From Paracoccaceae bacterium (lineage in GTDB: Bacteria; Pseudomonadota; Alphaproteobacteria; Rhodobacterales; Rhodobacteraceae): a DNA stretch of 64,000 bases. The stretch's first letter is position 1. Each line of letters starts with the position of its first letter. Positions 48,242 through 56,048 of this stretch are shown piece after piece. The DNA lies in the NCBI GenBank assembly GCA_029246285.1, contig JAQWNW010000007.1, positions 61,327-125,326 of the forward strand. Direction: 5' to 3'. Under the pieces are notes generated by a model. The model saw only the letters and a list, made by a program, of their open reading frames with translations. It did not search any database and was not told the DNA's origin. Made by a program: the position numbers and the translations under genes.

Positions 48242-50034
48242 ACCAAATCCCTATCTAACTTTTTAGAGTAACCTCTTGGTGTGTATATTCTCAGCCCATC
48301 GCCTAATCTAAAAATCTTTGAGTTGGAGGAACCTATTATCACAACGGTCAACATATCTACCTCGTCAACAGTTAAGTTTTCTAAAGTACGATATAAGAGT
48401 TTTTCTCCATTACGTCCCAGGTTTCTTGCTAACAGTACTGGAGTATCTGGTGACCTATTCTTCAATAAAATTTCTCTCGCTGTTTTCAACAATGTTTTTC
48501 TATTGGCTGATACGGGATTATAGAAAGCTATCACAAAATCACCATTAGCAGCAGCTTCTATACGCGTTAATATATCCTCCTGAGGCGTTAAAAGATCTGA
48601 GAGAGAAATAGTGCAAAAATCATGTCCTAATGGAGCACCAGCCTTTGCTGCTGCTGCTTGTAATGCAGAAACGCCCGGGGTACACACCACGTCTACACGC
48701 CTAGCAGCATCTGACACGCCAAGATTTTCTACGGACCTATGCATCAATTCGAATACTAACGAAGCCATTGCATATATACCTGCATCTCCAGAGCAAATTA
48801 ACGCTACCCTTTTGCCCTTACCTGCCTGCTCAAGTGCATATCTGCAACGTTCTTCCTCTCCACCCAAAGGAAAATCAGTTTGAGTTTTCCCATAACCAAT
48901 TGGGCCAACCAAATCTAAATACAAACCATAACCTACGAGCTCTTCAGAATTTACTATCATACTACTTGCTTCTGGTGTACGCCAACTAGATTGTCCTGGC
49001 CCAATGCCTACGATTGCCAGACTACCCCGTGGCCTTCCAGGCAAATCTATAAGTGGTTCATTCGCTATAGAAATTGCAAGGGTAGCATTCTTGGTTTTCG
49101 TTTTTGGGACGAGTAATCTACCCTGAGAACCGACACATGCTAAAGCAGATCCTTCAGAAACTCCATGACATCCAACCTCTTCAAAAACCAACTTAGATGG
49201 ATTCTCTAGTCGATCAAACTCATCTTCCAATTCATCTGCTGTGAACAATAAGAGTGGTACATCAAGTCGTTTTGCAACTTCGTTTATTGCCTTCTCATCT
49301 GCTTTTAAATCAATCGAGGTGACTGCTGCAATGCAACCTTTTGATAATTCTTGTTCCGCTAATGTACACTCAACTAAATTCCATAGTTCTTCCGGATCTG
49401 TGTTTCTTGCACAACCCAACCCTATAACACTATTTTTTGGATGATAAATCAAATGAGACGAAGAACCCAACTTTGGCTTCATGGTTACTTCAAGAAAAAC
49501 CTCCCCTTCTAAATGACTTTCTAAAGAAAAAATATTTTCCCCTATAATTTTTCTCTTCGCTCCAGATAGAAGCTTCATCATTACAGCCTTTGCATCAGAC
49601 CTATTAGATAACGAATAACCTAAAGGCGGCTCGTCCAACGCTACACCAAGTGCTATATCTCCAGCTGTTGTCACGGCGGCAAACCCATTTACAATCTGAG
49701 AAATTTCTTTTGCCATTCGGTTGGCTCCATAATGACCACCTATAAGTGGGATGACCACCGAGCCATCTTCAGCAACTGAAATTACTGGTGGATCCAATGT
49801 TTTGTCTCTTAAAAATGGTGCTATCGCCCGAACCAAAACTCCACTAGCACAAACACCAACTATGGAGTGCCCCGAGACAAATAAATCTCTGATATGCTCT
49901 AATGCATTATTGAAGTAAACATCTGCATGTCTGACCCGGTCAATTCTTCCGTGCAATGGTACATTAAAATTAGCCGCAATAGATCTAGCCACCTCTTCGC
50001 CAGACTCAGATAATGCCAAAATCACAACTTTCAT
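48238..50034 (-). CDS. Fusion of CbiG (cobalt-precorrin-5A hydrolase) and CobJ/CbiH (precorrin-3B C17-methyltransferase)
   Basis: The first ~340 aa are CbiG-like. The C-terminal ~250 aa form a tetrapyrrole methylase (LAIVGIGPGQSSWRTPEA...SGDAGIYAM). ATG 50034 gives an ATGA overlap with the cobI stop. Confidence 0.85.
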   Translation of the reverse strand: MKVVILALSESGEEVARSIAANFNVPLHGRIDRVRHADVYFNNALEHIRDLFVSGHSIVGVCASGVLVRAIAPFLRDKTLDPPVISVAEDGSVVIPLIGGHYGANRMAKEISQIVNGFAAVTTAGDIALGVALDEPPLGYSLSNRSDAKAVMMKLLSGAKRKIIGENIFSLESHLEGEVFLEVTMKPKLGSSSHLIYHPKNSVIGLGCARNTDPEELWNLVECTLAEQELSKGCIAAVTSIDLKADEKAINEVAKRLDVPLLLFTADELEDEFDRLENPSKLVFEEVGCHGVSEGSALACVGSQGRLLVPKTKTKNATLAISIANEPLIDLPGRPRGSLAIVGIGPGQSSWRTPEASSMIVNSEELVGYGLYLDLVGPIGYGKTQTDFPLGGEEERCRYALEQAGKGKRVALICSGDAGIYAMASLVFELMHRSVENLGVSDAARRVDVVCTPGVSALQAAAAKAGAPLGHDFCTISLSDLLTPQEDILTRIEAAANGDFVIAFYNPVSANRKTLLKTAREILLKNRSPDTPVLLARNLGRNGEKLLYRTLENLTVDEVDMLTVVIIGSSNSKIFRLGDGLRIYTPRGYSKKLDRDLV

Positions 50035-50732
50035 AACCAAGGATCTTCCTCTTTACTGACAAGAATCATCGAAAAATAAGGCGCTACTTCAGGAGCATCA
50101 ATTAATTTTAATATCCTCTGTTCTTTTAAAGATGCCCTCTCAATATAGAGAGATGAATCCATTAATCCCAATCTATCTATTACACTCTTTATTTTTTTTA
50201 TATGTCGACCTACTTTCATTATTGCTGACGAATTATTATCGGCTAATCTTCTTTCTAATTCCTTTTTACTTAACGGACCCGGCAAAACAGTTAAAACTTC
50301 ATTTCTTGCGGCTAGTGGTTTCTTTGCCATAGCCGCGCACGCTGTCATACTAGATACACCGGGTACTATTTCCACCAAATATTTTTTATAAAGACGTGAG
50401 TGCAAATACATAAAAGAACCATAAAAAAAAGGATCCCCCTCACATAAAAACACAACATTCTTACCCATATTCAAATGGGATGATATTTCCTGGGCTGCTG
50501 CATCATACGCCCGCTGAGCTGGCAATCGATTAACAGTCATGGGAATTTCAATGGCTATTTCAAATTTTGGTAAATCGATAAACTCTTCTATTATATTCCG
50601 AGCAAAGCTTCTACTGCCTTTCAATTTTGGATAGGCAATTACTTCAGTGCTTTTGATTAAGCGTAGAGATTTTAACGTTATTAATTCTGGATCTCCTGGC
50701 CCAACACCAACTCCATAAAGAACACCATTCAT
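50031..50732 (-). CDS. cobI: Precorrin-2 / cobalt-factor-II C20-methyltransferase
   Basis: 233 aa. LYGVGVGPGDPELITLKS and EGDPFFYGS. Confidence 0.9.
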   Translation of the reverse strand: MNGVLYGVGVGPGDPELITLKSLRLIKSTEVIAYPKLKGSRSFARNIIEEFIDLPKFEIAIEIPMTVNRLPAQRAYDAAAQEISSHLNMGKNVVFLCEGDPFFYGSFMYLHSRLYKKYLVEIVPGVSSMTACAAMAKKPLAARNEVLTVLPGPLSKKELERRLADNNSSAIMKVGRHIKKIKSVIDRLGLMDSSLYIERASLKEQRILKLIDAPEVAPYFSMILVSKEEDPWL

Positions 50733-51928
50733 TTTTTTTCAATGCTCCATTGTGTGACGGGCGTAAGGGGTTTCCAAATGGTTGAATCTCCGATTTGCTC
50801 CACTCTTTTTATTTCTAATTGACTAATATCACCTCCATATTGAGAATATAATTCTAATAAAAGTGCCTGACTTTTCAAAGTAACAACATTAACAACAAGC
50901 CTTCCATTTGTCGTCAACTGTGACCAGGAAAATTCAAATATTTCTTTAGACAACCCACCTCCAATAAAAATCGCATCCGGTTTGTCTAAATTATGAAGTG
51001 CTTCAGGTGCTTGACCATTAATTACTTTAAAATCTGGAACCCCCAAATTAATAGCGTTTATCGAAGATAATTCACACCGGTCTGCTCGCTTATCAACACC
51101 AATTGCAACCGAATTTGAAGCTGATCTCATCCATTCGATTGAAACGCTGCCACACCCGCACCCAATATCCCATAATACTGCTCCATTTGTGGGCTTCAGT
51201 TTGGATAATGTCACAGCTCTGACTTCTCGCTTCGTCATAGTTCCATCATTCTTAAAAACACTGTCAGATAATCCTGGGGTTTTAGGTAAGATATCACAAA
51301 ATTCTGCTGGCAAGCATTCAATCGCTAATGTATTAAAAGACGGAACACTCTTTTTCCAATTTTCTGCTGTTTGAAAAAATAATTGTTCATTCTTATCCCC
51401 CATAGAAGAAAATACTGTCATTTTACTTTTCCCAAAATTTCTATCTGTTAGCAATTCTGCAATTTCTTTAGGCGTTTCTGATCCAGATGTTAGAACAATC
51501 AATTTTTGATTTGGCTGAAGATATGGTATTATTTTTTCTAAAGGTCTTCCGTGCACACTCAGCATTTCTATCTCACTCATAGGCCATATCATCCGAGCTG
51601 CAACACTCTGAAATGCACTAATATGTGGGTAAAAAATGATTTCTTCTTTTATAAAAAAATCTTTGATTTGAATACCGGCTGAGAACCACAAAGGATCACC
51701 GGTTACCAGCACTACAACTATCTTACCCCTATAACTCGCGATTTTCTCATATATTAAATCAAAAGGTTTAGGCCAATGGACACGGCTAACATCTAGCGTT
51801 GAGGTTAATTGGTGGTGTCTTGAACTGCCAAATATTACCTCAGCCTTCTTAAGCAAATCCTTAACTGCATCGCTTAAACCAGACAACCCATCCTGGCCAA
51901 TACCCACAATATTTAACCAAGGTTTCAA
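50729..51928 (-). CDS. cobL: Precorrin-6Y C5,15-methyltransferase (decarboxylating), CbiE+CbiT fusion
   Basis: 399 aa. N-terminal methylase (LNIVGIGQDG) and C-terminal SAM-MTase (LWDIGCGCGSVSIEW). Confidence 0.9.
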   Translation of the reverse strand: MKPWLNIVGIGQDGLSGLSDAVKDLLKKAEVIFGSSRHHQLTSTLDVSRVHWPKPFDLIYEKIASYRGKIVVVLVTGDPLWFSAGIQIKDFFIKEEIIFYPHISAFQSVAARMIWPMSEIEMLSVHGRPLEKIIPYLQPNQKLIVLTSGSETPKEIAELLTDRNFGKSKMTVFSSMGDKNEQLFFQTAENWKKSVPSFNTLAIECLPAEFCDILPKTPGLSDSVFKNDGTMTKREVRAVTLSKLKPTNGAVLWDIGCGCGSVSIEWMRSASNSVAIGVDKRADRCELSSINAINLGVPDFKVINGQAPEALHNLDKPDAIFIGGGLSKEIFEFSWSQLTTNGRLVVNVVTLKSQALLLELYSQYGGDISQLEIKRVEQIGDSTIWKPLTPVTQWSIEKK

Positions 51929-52593
51929 TTTTCTTCCTCCGGCAGGCCTGCTGCCAAAGCATTTACTGCCGCTGCCGCCATAGCAGAACCACCTTTCCTA
52001 CCACGCAAGGTAATATATTCACAGTTTCGTGAATCATGCGCTAACTCTGCTTTACTTTCAGCAGCGCCCACAAAACCAACTGGAAAACCCAAAATACAAG
52101 CTGGCTTTGGGAAGCCATCGTCAAGCAATTCCAATAAATGAAATAGGGCAGTAGGTGCGTTTCCAATTACAACAATAGAATTCTCTATAAAAGGCTCCCA
52201 TAACTCAACTGCAGCAGCACTCCTGGTATTCTTTATAGAAAGAGCCAAATCAGGAACTTTAGAGTTGTTAAGTGTAACTATAACATCATTCTTAGATGGT
52301 AAATTTCCTCTTATGATCCCAGAAGCAACCATTTCACAATCACAAATTATTTTAGCTCCAAGTCTCAACATATCATAACCCTTGGTGGCAAAATTTGTTG
52401 AAAAAGACACACGATCCGCTATCTCAACCATTCCACAAGAGTGGATTATCCGAGTAATAATAGGGCGTACTGAATCATCAAACCTATCCAAATTTCCTTC
52501 TAACCGAACCCTATTAAAACTCTTAGAGTATATGACAGATGGATTTTTTTCATATGATAAAATTTTTTTAGGTTTTCTTGAAATTTCATTCAT
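51925..52593 (-). CDS. cobH: Precorrin-8X / cobalt-precorrin-8 methylmutase
   Basis: 222 aa. IIHSCGM and VIGNAPTALF motifs. Its ATG immediately follows the TAA of the upstream ORF. Confidence 0.9.
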   Translation of the reverse strand: MNEISRKPKKILSYEKNPSVIYSKSFNRVRLEGNLDRFDDSVRPIITRIIHSCGMVEIADRVSFSTNFATKGYDMLRLGAKIICDCEMVASGIIRGNLPSKNDVIVTLNNSKVPDLALSIKNTRSAAAVELWEPFIENSIVVIGNAPTALFHLLELLDDGFPKPACILGFPVGFVGAAESKAELAHDSRNCEYITLRGRKGGSAMAAAAVNALAAGLPEEEN

Positions 52594-53415
52594 TTATATT
52601 TTAGCTCCCAAAATCCAGCCTTCATGAGTAATTATTTCATTATTCAACGACATTGGAACTTTCATTAACTGTTCCAACTGCCCCCCACGATCTAAAGTGA
52701 AAAAATTATTAACGACCGTCTTAACCTGACTAGCGTCCTTAAACACTTCAGAGTCTTCTATTGGAAATATCGATGGGTAAATTTCAGCACAAACCACTTT
52801 TGAATTTTCCATTTCAAAGGGCCAGATTGAGGTAGATGAAAATTTTCGCAAATTATCTACAACTGGTATTCCCAGAAGTGCCTGGCCACCAACACAACCC
52901 ACCCCATTAAGTTGCCAGACACTTTTTGCATTTGTTAATTTCTGCTCTATTAATCTTTTTTCAGATGGTAATAACACCCCATAACCCACTGGTTTTTTAT
53001 ACGGAATATCACCATACCTTCCATTATTTGGAGCTGGATAACCCCAAAAAGGCCCACTTGCCAAAAACTTAGAGTTAAAATGATCTGCAACTTCAAACCT
53101 ATTATTTTTATTATCCTTGAAATCCTTTACACGTCCTGAAAAATCATTCCAAAGATCAGACCAATTCAAGTGCCCAAGAGTGTCAAAAAACTTCTTTGGG
53201 TATCCAAATGGGAAATCAAAACCTGCCAATACTCGACCATCAGTGTCTTTCAACAAGCCTTTTAGAAGTTTAAAAGCTTCAAATCTGGTTTTTGGATTAA
53301 ATAATTGTATGTTACTGGCCTTTGCGAACCAAGCTATCCAAATGCTATCCGCCCCACTTTTAGGACTACTATTAGCAGACCAATCTACTGCAATATAATT
53401 ATCAAAAATGCTCAT
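52594..53415 (-). CDS. Uncharacterised 273-aa protein inside the cob operon
   Basis: Soluble, protein-like composition. N-terminus is YIAVDWSANSSPKSGADSIWIAW. Its stop abuts the cobH start and its start is 24 nt after the cbiX stop. No Cob/Cbi family recognised. Confidence 0.65.
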   Translation of the reverse strand: MSIFDNYIAVDWSANSSPKSGADSIWIAWFAKASNIQLFNPKTRFEAFKLLKGLLKDTDGRVLAGFDFPFGYPKKFFDTLGHLNWSDLWNDFSGRVKDFKDNKNNRFEVADHFNSKFLASGPFWGYPAPNNGRYGDIPYKKPVGYGVLLPSEKRLIEQKLTNAKSVWQLNGVGCVGGQALLGIPVVDNLRKFSSTSIWPFEMENSKVVCAEIYPSIFPIEDSEVFKDASQVKTVVNNFFTLDRGGQLEQLMKVPMSLNNEIITHEGWILGAKI

Positions 53416-53439
53416 ATATTTTTCTAAAGCTTACTATAT

Positions 53440-54516
53440 TCAAGATGCAGTTCTCGTTTTTATAATCAGGCGTTCTTCTTCAATAACATGTTCTGGAAAC
53501 TGACTCATGAAACAACAACATACTCCTTGGTCAATCATGGTTCGTGGACCATTTGGGTGGGCTATGTGCTTGTATACCCCATGACTATGACCATGGTCAT
53601 GGTCATGGTCATGGTCATGGTCATGGGATAATAAGTTTTCCTCGTCTTCAGGATCAATAATTGGTTGATATTCTGCATGGTGATGGTGAATATCTACTTG
53701 ACCTAATTTAAGCCGTTTTTGAAATGATAACATCAAATCAAGGTCTTCTGTTAAATTACCATTTTCAGCTTCATAAATTCGTTCAACAAAAGTATTTATA
53801 ACGTGATCCTGATCAGCTAAATAATGAGCTTTGTAAAATGTAACGTCAGGAAGGGTCTCATTTACTCGATCTACATAATTATAAATACGGTCTATTAATT
53901 TACCTGAAAATAAAAAATAAGGTGCAACCACGACCTTTTTGTAACCTAACCTTGACGCGATTTCCAAGCCCTGGCCAACAGATGGAAACGTCACACCAGA
54001 ATAAACAGTTTCAGACCAACCAAAACCTAAATTTTCTGTTACAATTCGTGTTAATTTTGCCGCTTCAGCATTGGCGTAAGTATCTGAAGTTCCTCGTCCA
54101 ACTACTACCAACATTGTATCATAAAGATCCCCATCATGAATATGGTCTAATCCTAAACATTCCAATATTCTTGATTGAAATGCGGTGATCATTTCCGAGT
54201 GAAGAGCGAGCTCTCTACCATAGCTGATTTTTAAACCTGGGTGCTTTTTCTGGTAAGTGAGTAAAACTGAAGGAATGTCATTTTTAGCATGTGTTGCCGC
54301 AAACAACATTCCAGGTACAGCAACAATATGCTCAACACCTTGCGCAAGAAGTGAATCTAGCCCCATATGAATGTTAGGTGCTGAATACTCCAAGAACCCA
54401 TGTTCGACTGGTGTTTTTGGAAATTTATTCTTCAAACCCGTCGCAAGTAACCCAAATTCTTTTTCTGCACTTTTTGACCTACTCCCGTGCCCACAAATCA
54501 TAATACCTTTTTTCAA
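53440..54516 (-). CDS. cbiX: Sirohydrochlorin cobaltochelatase, long form (CbiX-L) with His-rich tail and C-terminal Cys cluster
   Basis: Two CbiX halves (ICGHGSRS..., VVVGRGTSD...). His-rich stretch HHHHAEYQ...SHDHDHDHDHDHGHSHG and C-terminal GVCCCF. Start is probably TTG 54516 (AGGAGG 9 nt upstream) or ATG 54501; the track start 54561 overlaps the upstream small ORF. Confidence 0.8.
   Translation of the reverse strand: MKKGIMICGHGSRSKSAEKEFGLLATGLKNKFPKTPVEHGFLEYSAPNIHMGLDSLLAQGVEHIVAVPGMLFAATHAKNDIPSVLLTYQKKHPGLKISYGRELALHSEMITAFQSRILECLGLDHIHDGDLYDTMLVVVGRGTSDTYANAEAAKLTRIVTENLGFGWSETVYSGVTFPSVGQGLEIASRLGYKKVVVAPYFLFSGKLIDRIYNYVDRVNETLPDVTFYKAHYLADQDHVINTFVERIYEAENGNLTEDLDLMLSFQKRLKLGQVDIHHHHAEYQPIIDPEDEENLLSHDHDHDHDHDHGHSHGVYKHIAHPNGPRTMIDQGVCCCFMSQFPEHVIEEERLIIKTRTAS
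53581..53628. repeat. Coding hexanucleotide tandem repeat (ATGGTC)n encoding (His-Asp)n
   Basis: Five perfect ATGGTC units (53593-53622) are flanked by the degenerate units ATGACT, ATGACC and ATGGGA. The minus strand encodes SH-(DH)5-GH-SH. Confidence 0.95.
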
Positions 54517-54517
54517 A

Positions 54518-54745
54518 TCACAATACCTCCTGAATTTCTTCCTGAATCTCTTCATCATCACATGCTTCAGAACTAGTTTTTCTGTCTTTAAGAATTTTTA
54601 TCAAAGCTATCGCTCCAGCCAGTCCGATTGCTATGCCAGCGGCAGTGTGACCATGATCTGCAATTTGACCAAAATGCCCTATGTGGGATAAGGCCCCTTG
54701 AGATGAGCCCAAGAACAGCAACCCAAAATAAATCATACGCATCAT
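54518..54745 (-). CDS. Small (75 aa) secreted/membrane-anchored His-motif protein, first ORF of the cob operon
   Basis: GGGAGA RBS 9 nt before the ATG. Signal-like MMRMIYFGLLFLGSSQGALS, then HIGHFGQIADHGH, a Gly/Ala-rich TM segment (AAGIAIGLAGAIALI) and an acidic tail (DDEEIQEEIQE). The stop lies 1 nt before the TTG of cbiX. Confidence 0.55.
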   Translation of the reverse strand: MMRMIYFGLLFLGSSQGALSHIGHFGQIADHGHTAAGIAIGLAGAIALIKILKDRKTSSEACDDEEIQEEIQEVL

Positions 54746-54785
54746 TTCCTATTCTCCCTAATAATACAAAAAAAGTGTGCAAATT

Positions 54786-54873
54786 TTAATTCAACGACGC
54801 TATAGTTGATCCCCGAGTTGGGTAAATCCTTTCTATCGCACACCTTTCCGGCCATTCTGGCTCGTCTAATTAA
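54786..54873 (-). promoter_or_regulatory. Unclassified structured 5' leader of the cob operon (candidate riboregulator)
   Basis: A locally GC-richer ~88-nt segment in an AT-rich spacer. The closing helix is UUAAUU..GACG (54873-54863) with CGUC..AAUUAA (54799-54786). Internal hairpins are GCCA-GAA-UGGC, GCGAUAG...CUAUAGC and CCC-AACUC-GGG. GUGUGC (54843-54838) is complementary to GCACAC (54780-54775), which is followed by U7. A possible promoter is TTGTGT-N17-TATAGG (54903-54875). Confidence 0.4.
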
Positions 54874-55032
54874 ACCTATACTGAATGTTAAATATTTACA
54901 CAATTAGTAATTAACCGTAGTTTATTAATTTTGTAATAAGTTGAATAAATTATATAATTACGAGGTTTAATATTTTACTAATTTAATGTGATAAAAAACC
55001 TCACATTAAACAAATTAATAAAGGTGATTAAA

Positions 55033-55989
55033 ATGGGGCAATTGGTAAACGGAGTTTGGCTTAAAGATGAACCTAAAGTCTCAAAGAAAAATGGTAGCTT
55101 TAATAGAAAAGAAAGTATTTTTCGTAATTGGATTAATGATTCGAAAGATAATGATTTCCAACCAGAATCTGGACGATATCATTTATATGTGTCGCATGCC
55201 TGTCCATGGGCTCATCGAACATTAATATTCCGTACTTTAAAAAACTTAGATTCTCACATCAGTGTCGACGTAGTTCATCCCGATATGCTCGAAGATGGCT
55301 GGAATTTTGCAAAAAATTTCAATGAGACAACAGGGGATAGTGTTTATGGTAAGAAATTCCTTCATGAGATCTATATTCAAGCCAAAGCAGATGTAAGCTG
55401 CCGAGTAACGGTTCCTGTATTACTAGATAAAAAATCTAAAAAAATTGTATCCAATGAAAGCTCTGAAATCATTCGAATGTTCAACTCATCATTTAATGAT
55501 CTAACCAAGAACAAATTAGACTTCTGGCCCAAGGAATTACGAACATCCATAGAGCCAATCAATAATAGAATTTACGAAACATTAAATAATGGCGTTTACA
55601 AAGCTGGGTTTTCGACTACTCAAGACTCCTATGATGAAGCAGTAACAAAACTATTTGAGACAATGGAATGGTTAGATAACATGCTTTCAAGTCAACGTTA
55701 CCTTCTTGGATCAACTCTCACAGAAGCAGATTGGAGATTATTTCCAACTTTAGTCAGGTTCGACTCAGTCTACCATTTGCATTTCAAATGTAACCACAAG
55801 CGCTTAATTGATTTCAAACATCTTTGGGCTTATACAAGAGATCTTTACCAAACAGGTAGTGTTCATAAAACTGTAAAACTTTACCATGCAACTCGACATT
55901 ATTACTACAGTCACAAATCCATCAATCCAAATCAAATAATCCCGATGAATCCTACCATCGATTTCAATGAGCCCCATAATAGAAGCTAA
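55033..55989 (+). CDS. Xi-class glutathione transferase / glutathionyl-hydroquinone reductase (YqjG/ECM4-like)
   Basis: GRYHLYVSHACPWAHRTLIFR (CPWA active site). Start at ATG 55033 with AAGGTGA upstream; the track start is 45 nt further upstream. Confidence 0.85.
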   Translation: MGQLVNGVWLKDEPKVSKKNGSFNRKESIFRNWINDSKDNDFQPESGRYHLYVSHACPWAHRTLIFRTLKNLDSHISVDVVHPDMLEDGWNFAKNFNETTGDSVYGKKFLHEIYIQAKADVSCRVTVPVLLDKKSKKIVSNESSEIIRMFNSSFNDLTKNKLDFWPKELRTSIEPINNRIYETLNNGVYKAGFSTTQDSYDEAVTKLFETMEWLDNMLSSQRYLLGSTLTEADWRLFPTLVRFDSVYHLHFKCNHKRLIDFKHLWAYTRDLYQTGSVHKTVKLYHATRHYYYSHKSINPNQIIPMNPTIDFNEPHNRS

Positions 55990-56048
55990 ATAGTTATTGC
56001 ATTCCTAATAGTATGCTTAGTAATATCGAAACTTGCAAAGGATAGAAT

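Noticed and set aside
47898-48266. 122-aa plus-strand ORF opposite the 155-aa cob-embedded ORF
   Set aside because: It is Cys/Ser/Phe-rich junk and crosses the cbiG-cobJ stop. The minus-strand frame is translationally coupled on both sides.
53581-53628. Possible CRISPR or other non-coding repeat array
   Set aside because: The unit is only 6 nt, has no spacers, and lies in frame within cbiX. It is a coding microsatellite. No other direct-repeat array was seen in the window.
54588-54782. 64-aa alternative frame overlapping the small His-motif ORF and the leader
   Set aside because: It has no RBS and would start inside the U-tract/expression platform. The competing frame has a GGGAGA RBS, a signal peptide and a TM segment.
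54746-54905. Canonical cobalamin riboswitch, NiCo riboswitch or SRP RNA at the cob leader
   Set aside because: The conserved cores I know are absent on both strands: GCCACUG and GGUG.AA.UCC for B12, the GGGAC/GGGCA repeats for NiCo, and the GGAA-tetraloop domain IV for SRP. It is kept only as an unclassified structured leader.
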